This document shows positions 56,535-64,000 of a DNA stretch of 64,000 nucleotides, piece after piece; position 1 is the stretch's first letter; the number at the start of each line of letters is the position of its first letter. Source of the DNA: Thecamonas trahens ATCC 50062 (taxonomy: Eukaryota; Protista; Apusomonadida). The notes beneath the pieces were generated by a model that was given only the letters and a program-made list of their open reading frames with translations, did not search any database and had not been told where the DNA came from. Where the stretch lies: positions 62,001 to 126,000 of the forward strand of contig NW_013657648.1 of NCBI RefSeq assembly GCF_000142905.1. The letters run 5' to 3'. The translations under genes and the position numbers were made by a program.

Positions 56535-57665
56535 ATGGCGGCAGCAGGGGCAGGAGCGGGCGCGGGAGCAGGGACAGGGCCGGCGGTGCTGTGCGTGGCA
56601 GGGTATCTGGCGGTGCGTGGGCGGAAGCGAGTGGGCCGGTGGCGACGGCGGTTCCTGGCGCTGGAGGACACGACGCTGACGGTGTACAAGAAGGAGGGCA
56701 AGAAGGCGCTGGCGACTCTGAGTTTTACCTCTGATGCCCGCGAGACATACATCGAGGACTTGGCGTGTGCGACGCCTCCGGCATCGCCGGCCAAGGCCGC
56801 CAAGGCCGCCGCCAAGGCCGCGCGCGCCGCCGCCAAGGGCAAGGCCAAGCCGTTCCGTGTCTCCATCGGCGGCGTGCTGCTGCGGCTGCGAGCGCACACG
56901 CTCGATGCCAAGACGGCGTGGATGGACATGCTCTCGGCAGCTATCGAGATGGCTGTTGAGCGCGGTGTGCCGTCGCGAACAAACGGCGGTGTGGCCGGGC
57001 CGGGCCCATCTGGCGCGGGGCTTGCAGCCCTGCTCGACGGCGACGACGACGACGACGACGACTTGATGGACGATGACGAGGTCACGGTCATGGACTCAGA
57101 CTCAGACTCAGACTCGGGCATGCATGGCTCGCGCAAGTGGCGGCGTTCGGTGCGCCCGGGCGGGGTGCTGCGCCGGCTGCGACAGAGCTCGCAGACCTCG
57201 GAGTCGCTGAAGCGGGCCGAGGAACGCAACGCCGAGCTAGAGGCGCGAGTCGCCGAGCTCGAGTCGACCAACTCGGCCTTGACGAGCAAGCTCGCCGCAG
57301 CCGAGGAAGACCGCGAACTGCTCGCTGACGAGCTGCGGTCCCGTAGCGCCGAGCATGAGCGGCTAGCGAGTGTCTTCTCGGCTCGCATCGAGGAGCTCAT
57401 TGCCGAGCTCTCGGATCGGGACGACGAGTTGGCTCGGCTCAAGGCTGCCGTTGTGCCGCCAGTGTGGATCAAGAACAAGAACCGGAGTGGGTGCGCCGAG
57501 TGCATGCTTCCCTTTACCGTCACCCGGCGACGCCATCACTGCCGGCTCTGCGGCGAGATCTTCTGCGCCAAGTGCTCGGCGCACAAGGTCCCGCTCCTCC
57601 GTGGCAAGAACAAGAGCGTCCGCGCCTGCAACCGATGCGCGCTCCTCGCCAACACCTACTCGTGA
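56535..57665 (+). CDS. PH domain + coiled coil + FYVE zinc-finger protein
   Basis: PH: AGYLAVRG..WRRRFLALE..KTAWMDML. FYVE: CAEC..FTVTRRRHHCRLCGEIFCAKCS..RACNRC. Confidence 0.85.
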   Translation: MAAAGAGAGAGAGTGPAVLCVAGYLAVRGRKRVGRWRRRFLALEDTTLTVYKKEGKKALATLSFTSDARETYIEDLACATPPASPAKAAKAAAKAARAAAKGKAKPFRVSIGGVLLRLRAHTLDAKTAWMDMLSAAIEMAVERGVPSRTNGGVAGPGPSGAGLAALLDGDDDDDDDLMDDDEVTVMDSDSDSDSGMHGSRKWRRSVRPGGVLRRLRQSSQTSESLKRAEERNAELEARVAELESTNSALTSKLAAAEEDRELLADELRSRSAEHERLASVFSARIEELIAELSDRDDELARLKAAVVPPVWIKNKNRSGCAECMLPFTVTRRRHHCRLCGEIFCAKCSAHKVPLLRGKNKSVRACNRCALLANTYS

Positions 57666-58086
57666 GCGATCGAGCCTGCCTCCGCCGACACTGTCATGAT
57701 TGCAGCCCAGCATGAACCAATGAAGCAGGAAACAACCAAGATGAGATAATGGTGCTGGCGGCATGCCTCCCGTGATGTAGACATAGTTTTCAGCGTGTGG
57801 CCCAGCTTGTGTGGCGGGAGGGGCGGAGCAAAGGTGTGGCAGACATCTCGAGAGACATGCCAATAGAACGTCCCATGGGACACGATCTACGGATCTGAGC
57901 GGTGACTCGGATTCACCACAATCCGCGTTTGAGTGTGAAACAAACAAGCCGACGACACCATCACCAACGAGCGCATCCGCACTAAACATATATAGCAATC
58001 AACCAAGTCAGAGTACTGCAGCGTCAGCCCCTCCTCCCGCGATATCAGCTTGAACGCCAGTTGGCTCGTCGGCTCGTCGGCTCGGC

Positions 58087-58287
58087 GGTTGGTCGGCGGT
58101 TGGTTGGTTGGTTGGCGGTTGGTTGGTTGGTTGGTTGGTTGGTTGGTTGGTTGGTTGGTTGGTTGGTTGGTTGGTTGGTCGGCGGCTTGTCGGCGGTCGG
58201 TTGGTTGGTCGGCGGCTTGTCGGCGGTCGGTTGGTTGGTCGGCGGCTTGTCGGCGGTCGGTTGGTTGGTCGGCGGCTTGTCGGCGGC
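58087..58287. repeat. (GGTT)n microsatellite followed by a 30-nt minisatellite TTGGTTGGTCGGCGGCTTGTCGGCGGTCGG (about 4 copies)
   Basis: Seen directly upstream of TMEM245. Confidence 0.92.
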
Positions 58288-58444
58288 TCGTCGGCAGGCG
58301 CTAAGCAACAACAACATCGATGGCCACTGCACTCGAGGCGCGAGCTGGGGCAGCAGGGATAGTTCCGACAGAGAACAGGGGCGCGAGCAAGACGGGAGGA
58401 GTATACGCTATCCGTGGTAGCAGGTGGTGTGAGGGGAGGTGGAC

Positions 58445-61400
58445 ATGTCGTCGTTCTCTGCCGTCTTCCCGCTAGATACCTCGACCGAAGCTGGCGTGGC
58501 CTCTGTGCGGCAGGCGTACCTCAATGCCTCGGCCATGGCCATCTTTGCCCTTGTGGGCTACACACTGTATCACAAGTACGTAGAGGGGGAGGGGAGGGTG
58601 AGGGGGAGGGGGGAGGGGGGAGGGGGAGAGGGGGGAGGAGGGGGGGGGAGGGGGGGGGGGGGGGGGTCATGGCTGTGGAGGACAGAGGTCCCACGCCGAG
58701 AGCCAGAGCCAAGAGCCAGAGCCATACCCAGCCCAGACTCACATAGCGCACACCCGCACCAAACACATGCACACGTATGGGACTCGCCATGGCACCCGCA
58801 CGGCACACGTGGAATCTGCTCTCTCATGGGATGCCTCATCGCATGTCAGCCTCATCATATTCTCATCCTTCTTCAATCCGCTGCTCTGGGCCGCCCTCGT
58901 CGGCTTTGTCCTGCACTTTGTCAAGCTCCGCGCTGTGCGCTCGGTCCGCACCTACGTCGACTCGGCTGAGCTGTCGGCATCAGTCCACTCGCTGCCAGCG
59001 CTTCTGTATCTGGCTGCACTGCCGCTTGTCCACCTCGCCCATCGTGTCGACGCGCTCTCGACCGCCATCTTTGACTGGATCTGGGCCATGATCGAGTGGG
59101 CGTGGGCGCTGTCGTGGGCCCATTGCTCGCTGGCGGTGGCTGTCGCTAGTCTTGCGCTCGCTTGCAGCGTCGAACCGTCGACGTATTGGCTTCTTCATGC
59201 CGCGGCGTGCAATCTTGCGCTTGACGCCCACCGGACGCTCCTGTGGCTCGCAGACTGGTCGTGGGCCTACATTCTGCTGTCATGGCTCGCACTCTTGCTC
59301 TTCCGCTTCCGCATCCGTGCACTGGTCAAGCTCCAAGCTGGGCCCGGCCGCGGCGAAGAGCAAAGCGACACAGGCTCGGTCCAGCCGCACACCCGCTGGA
59401 CGCGCTCCCTGCTCAACAGCCTCGACTGGGCTGTGTGCGCGGTGACGTTCACCATCTTCCCGGCCGCTCCGCTCTACGCCTCATGGGGCTCGCTCTGGTC
59501 GACGCTCTCCTCAGGCCTCTGCTGCGGGCTGGTCTACCTCGGCTACCTCCACAACCGCGAGGACGAGCCGGCGACAGCGTGCGGAACGCCAATCGAAGAG
59601 GGCGAGGCCGGCGCCAACGGCACGCCGCTCGACGTCGCTGACCTGCGCACGCCGGCCCAGATGCGCAAGGCGCCTGAGACCATCGACGTCCAGGTCATGT
59701 CGCGAGCGTCGTCACTGGCATCGGCCTACCGGCGGACGGTCGAGCAGGGACACGGGAGCCGGCGTGGCGGGCGGCGGCGGCGGCGGCGACGAGCAAAGAG
59801 CTCGTCCAAGGTGCATCAGTCGATGTGGTTTGCGCTGCTGTACGTGCTCTGCGCCGCAGTCCTCATCACCCGCTTCCCGCTTTTCCGCATCCTGGCCGGC
59901 GTCGGCGGCGTCATCGTCGGCGGTCTCGTCGTCGCCAAGGTGGTGACGCGCATCTTGGCTGGGCCGACCGCCTCCTGGTCATCGACCGTGGCGTACGCGT
60001 CGTCGACCCGGGTGGCGAGTGCGGCGGGGCGGGCATGGGCCGACGCGCTCTGGCTCCTCCGCCGCGTCTCGCCGGCGCCGGTGGTTGAGTTTGTGCGGCT
60101 GATGTGGGACGGCGTTGTCTATGCCGACCGAGCCATTGTGGCACAGCTTCGTGACAAGGCCAACGTCCTTGTCACACTCATGCTCATTGTGGCGTTCTTT
60201 GTCACCACCATGGGCGGCGGCACCTTTCTCACCTTTCAGCTCCAGGCCGAGTCGATGGTCATGTTCACCAAGTCGCAGCAGGTGTGGCGAGCGGCGACGC
60301 ATGCGCCGCTGGTGGAGCGGGTCTGGTTCGCCTCGGTCGGCGCCCGCGACGCCGTCGCCATGGACGCCGCCTTTGCCTCGGCCTATGATGGCGCACGATC
60401 CGCCGCGCTCTCCTGGGTTCAATCACGGCTAGAGGAGGCCTTTGGTACAAACGTGAACATCACGTACATCGAGTCGCAGGTCACAGCATACTGGCTCAGC
60501 GCCGGTGGCAACGGCAACGGCACGGCTTCGTCCGGCAGCGTATCAGAGCCGCCTGGTGTAGCGAACGGCGGGCGCTCGCCGGGAAGCGGCGCAGGGCCAG
60601 TCCCATCCGAGGCGCCACTGGCGTGGATGGCGTCGATAGTGCGACAGGCGTCGGAGCTCCGCGTCCTGCAGTGGGTTCGTCGGCTTAAGCTCGCCCAAGT
60701 CCGCGAGACGGTGGGCGCGTACTTGAGCTCGATCTCACAGGCAGCGACGTCAACCTTTTCGTTTGTCTCGTTTGTCTTTTGGCTCTCCTTTGCTGTCCTC
60801 AAGGGCACCATTGACATGGCCGTCTCGCTCGTCATCTTCTTCTCCGCGCTCGGCTACTTTCTGGTCTCGGACACCTTCCGGCCGCTCGACATTCTGACCT
60901 CGTTCTTGCCGACGGCGCAGCTGCAGGCCAAGCTCCGCAAGGACGTGGAAGACACGCTCAACCAGGTATTCCTCGCCTCGATCCTCCTTGCCTGGTACCA
61001 CTTCCTGCTCGTGTGGGCCACGTTTGAGTTTGTGGGCGCCGATCTCGTATACATCCCGGCCCTGCTCTCGGCCTCGATGGCAGTCATCCCCAAGTTCCCG
61101 TCGTTCCTCTTTGTTGTCCCGTTTGCCGTCGAGATGTGGCTTGTGCAGGACAAGCCGTACGCCGCACTCTTTGGCATGTTCCTCCCGCACCTGCTCGCGT
61201 GGTGGTTTGTCGACACTGCCATCCAGGCCTCCATCAAGCGCTCACATCCGTACCTGACCGGCCTCGCCATGGTCGGCGGCCTCTCGCAGTTTGGCCTGCA
61301 AGGCGCCATCTTTGGCCCGCTCCTCGTTTCTATGCTCATGATCGCCACCTCGTTCCTCACCTCGGAGGCCGCGGCCTCGGACGAGTTCATGGCCTCGTTC

Positions 61401-61607
61401 ACTGGCGCAGGCTCGTCGCCCACTCCCCTGCCGCCGCTCGCCTTTCCCACCCCGGCCTCTGCCCCGGCCTCGGGCCCTGTCGCCCTCCGCAAGCGTGCCG
61501 CTCACCAGCGCGCCGCCGCCGCAGACTCGCCACTCGACGTCGTCGCCGCCAGACGCGGCCTCGACGTCGACGAGCTCGCTGCCGAAGGCGATGCTGTTGA
61601 AAAGTGA
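58445..61607 (+). CDS. TMEM245: TMEM245-like membrane protein, AI-2E superfamily (exons 58445-58575 and 58850-61607)
   Basis: Spliced RQAYLNA..YHNLIIFSSFFNPLLWAALVGFVLH (intron GTACGT..CAG). C-terminal HPYLTGLAMVGG..FGLQGAIFGPLL signature. Confidence 0.88.
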
Positions 61608-61883
61608 TGGACAAAGGCTCAACTACCTGTCCAATTGCTTCTGTTGCATGCGTGTGTTTGTGTGTTGTGGCTGATTGTGCTACGCGTGTGCGCCCCCCCC
61701 CCCCCCCCTCCCTCCGCTCTTGCCCAGGCATGTATGGGCTATAACATCCAGAGCGTAGACGCTGCATCCCCCATCATCCCCATCGTCATTTGCGCAGCGG
61801 CTCGCCGTCCCACCGCCTCGCCGTTGCGTCACTCGAGTTGATGCGCCGTTCGGCAGTTTGCACAAGTTGATGCGATGCCGGCG

Positions 61884-62282
61884 TCACGGCAGCGAACGGA
61901 CATGCGGCGCCGACGCCGGGCGGGCGCGGCAGGTGGACGACGAGGACGAGACGGAGCTGCTGCTGGCACTCCTACCTGCTTCTGAGCCATGGCTTGCCAG
62001 GGATGACAACGATGGGTCCGACCCGTAGATCGGATCGTCGGCATAGTCGGCCGGAGGGCCGGAAGGCAGCGGTGGCGAGTTGAGCAGCCGGCCTGGCAGC
62101 ACTTCGTCACACTCGAGCGGAAGGATGCGCATGCGGGCCGGCCGTGGCGGCGACGAGTCGGCATCAAGGCGCCTCAGGCTCATATCACGTCGCGATGCAA
62201 GAGTCGGACTGTGCGGGCTGTGCGGGCTATGCGGGCTGGCCTGCGGACAGGCCTCCGGGGAACTCGGTTGATCTGTCTCCAT
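61884..62282 (-). CDS. Possible short Ser/Pro-rich hypothetical protein
   Basis: An open frame of about 132 codons fills the space between TMEM245 and FAM13. No domain recognised. Confidence 0.25.
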   Translation of the reverse strand: METDQPSSPEACPQASPHSPHSPHSPTLASRRDMSLRRLDADSSPPRPARMRILPLECDEVLPGRLLNSPPLPSGPPADYADDPIYGSDPSLSSLASHGSEAGRSASSSSVSSSSSTCRARPASAPHVRSLP

Positions 62283-62471
62283 CGCCAAAGTGTTCCTTGA
62301 ACACGGGCGGAAGGCTGAGGAGTGAAGTGCTGGCAGACGCCCGGCACCATCTCATCGCATTCTCTCATCTCTCGAGCGTTCTAGCACGCGTGCGCCGCGG
62401 CCGGGTTGGGCTCGGCCTTCTTTATGTCGTGCACTGTGCACGAGGTATCGCGGGTGTCGCGGGTATCGCGG

Positions 62472-64000
62472 CTACGCCCCACTGCCTTCGATCTGCTGCT
62501 GCTCGTATGCGCTGTAGATGGCGTCGGCCTCGGCGAGGCGCACCTTGCACTCCTTGTACGCCTGGTACTGCGACTGAATGGGCGCCCGGTCCTCGACGTA
62601 CTGGACTTTGCGCCCGTGCATGGCCATAAACTCAGACTGGTAGTGGTGGAGGAGCACCTGGAGCTTGCGCTTGCGGTCCTTGATGGTGAGGTAGAGCGCG
62701 TTGGTGGCCTTGGGAATCGAGGGGTTAAGCATGGGCGCCGTGACCGGGACAGCCGGGTCAAAGTGAGCAGAGACGGCGGCCTGCGCCGAGGCCGGCTTGG
62801 CTCCGCCCCGGCCGCCACCGCCGCCGCTTCCACCGCCGTCGGCGCTGCCGCCAGCCGAGCAAAGCGACTTGAGCTCGCGGTACCGCTCGTAGAGCGGGCG
62901 CATGACCTCTTTGTCAGCCTTTCGCGGCTGGACCCCGTGGCGGACTTCGTATGCCGAGTCGAACGCACGCAGCTCCTTCTTGATCAGCGACTTTTCCGCC
63001 TCCTGCTCTGCCGTAGTCATCGCAAACACGTCCTCGGGCCGACCGGCGTCGGCGCGCGCCCTGGCCAGCCGCCGCAAGACAGTCGGCAGCGGGTCGGCAA
63101 GGTAGGCATCGATCTCAGAGTCCGGCTCGGGCTGCTGCGTCTCGCTGCTCCCGTTCCCGCCCCCACTCCCGCCGCTTGCTGCCGCAAACGCTGCGGCAGC
63201 TGCTGCCGCCGGCTCTGCCACCTTGCTCCGAAGCGCTGCACTCGGCGACAGCGCCGCACCATGCTGTGCAAACCTTGCTCGTCCAAGGCGGCCCACCGGC
63301 GACGCTATCGACTCGACCGAGCCGGACTGGAGGGTGGCGAGAATGTTGGAAAACGACTGGAAGAGGGCGAGGGTGCCCTCGATGGGCGCCCACTCGCTCG
63401 GCAGTGGGTCGCGGTCGTGCCGCTTGGCAAACACCCGCTTGAACACCGTGATGTCGACATCAAGCTTGGCGATCTGGTCCTCGAGGTATGGAATGTCTGC
63501 CCGGGTCCACTGGTACTCGGTCACGACAGGCGTCTCGACCTTGTCTGCGTTCTCACCCAGCGGAGTTTTGCCGCCACTAGTGCCATCTCCGTTGATGGCG
63601 TCCAGGCTCTCGCGCCGCTGTGCACGGCGGACGGCCTCGACCCGCGACCGTCGGTTACGTGGCGAGTTTTGCGGGCCGTGGACCCGGAGCTGCCGGGCGG
63701 AGCCGCCAGCGCCAGCCGCCACGCTCAGCTCCTGCGACGACGACTTGATCAAGTCTGCAATCGACGAGTTGAGCATCGAGTCGAGCGCCCGGCGCGTCGG
63801 CGACTGGATGCCCTCGGCGGCGGTACCGGCCTCGTCGGCGTCGTGTAGCAGCGACTCGTCGACCGAGTCGTTGGGCGAGTAGAGGGCCTCGCGCGAGGCA
63901 GCAGCAGCGGCGGCGGTGTCGCGCGGCGGCGACGCTGGAATCGGGTTGAACAGCGGCTCGTAGAGGGCAAAGATGTCGCGGGTGATGGCGTTACAGTACG
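62472..64000 (-). CDS. FAM13: FAM13-family RhoGAP protein, 3' portion (5' end beyond the window)
   Basis: Frame open to the window edge. YCNAITRDIFALYEPLF resembles the end of the FAM13 RhoGAP domain. C-terminal repeats EKSLIKKELRAFD..MRPLYERYRELK and KRKLQVLL..EFMAMHGRKVQYVEDRAPI..YKECK. Confidence 0.85.
   Translation of the reverse strand, partial: YCNAITRDIFALYEPLFNPIPASPPRDTAAAAAASREALYSPNDSVDESLLHDADEAGTAAEGIQSPTRRALDSMLNSSIADLIKSSSQELSVAAGAGGSARQLRVHGPQNSPRNRRSRVEAVRRAQRRESLDAINGDGTSGGKTPLGENADKVETPVVTEYQWTRADIPYLEDQIAKLDVDITVFKRVFAKRHDRDPLPSEWAPIEGTLALFQSFSNILATLQSGSVESIASPVGRLGRARFAQHGAALSPSAALRSKVAEPAAAAAAAFAAASGGSGGGNGSSETQQPEPDSEIDAYLADPLPTVLRRLARARADAGRPEDVFAMTTAEQEAEKSLIKKELRAFDSAYEVRHGVQPRKADKEVMRPLYERYRELKSLCSAGGSADGGGSGGGGGRGGAKPASAQAAVSAHFDPAVPVTAPMLNPSIPKATNALYLTIKDRKRKLQVLLHHYQSEFMAMHGRKVQYVEDRAPIQSQYQAYKECKVRLAEADAIYSAYEQQQIEGSGA

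Noticed and set aside
58087-58287. 30-nt repeats as a CRISPR array, or GGTT repeats as telomeric sequence
   Set aside because: The units are contiguous with no unique spacers, there are no cas genes and the context is eukaryotic. The 4-mer is not a TTAGGG-type repeat and lies internally between genes.
61800-61890. Stop read-through or a CxxC-containing extension of the small ORF 61884-62282
   Set aside because: No SECIS or domain evidence, and the ORF itself is doubtful.

Overview
GC-rich, gene-dense, intron-poor eukaryotic genomic DNA with 7 assembly gaps (N-runs). SPEF2 implies a flagellated organism. Composition and gene content suggest an apusomonad-like protist such as Thecamonas, but this is inference only. 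About 24 protein-coding genes are supported: a CNG-type channel, LYS2, MCM7, a divergent CK2-alpha, EFG1, RRP40, SPEF2, a TLC-like protein, a CENP-Q-like protein, RRP15, a histidine phosphatase, RPL38, RINT1, COG6, an EF-hand-like repeat protein, a GH38 alpha-mannosidase, a PH-FYVE protein, TMEM245, a partial FAM13 RhoGAP, and several unusual fusions. Six single-base frameshifts (all repaired by adding 1 nt) split genes in the ORF track. The most notable finding is a ~2130-aa gene hidden across three ORFs (46877-53267) joining a GlnD/DUF294-like nucleotidyltransferase, a DEP domain, a degenerate kinase-like region and RNI-type LRRs. It is followed directly by a class IV sirtuin-YEATS fusion. 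A UBZ + F-box + Tmemb_185A membrane protein is also notable. No RNA genes, transposons or CRISPR arrays were recognised. All domain calls come from motifs read by eye; no searches were run.
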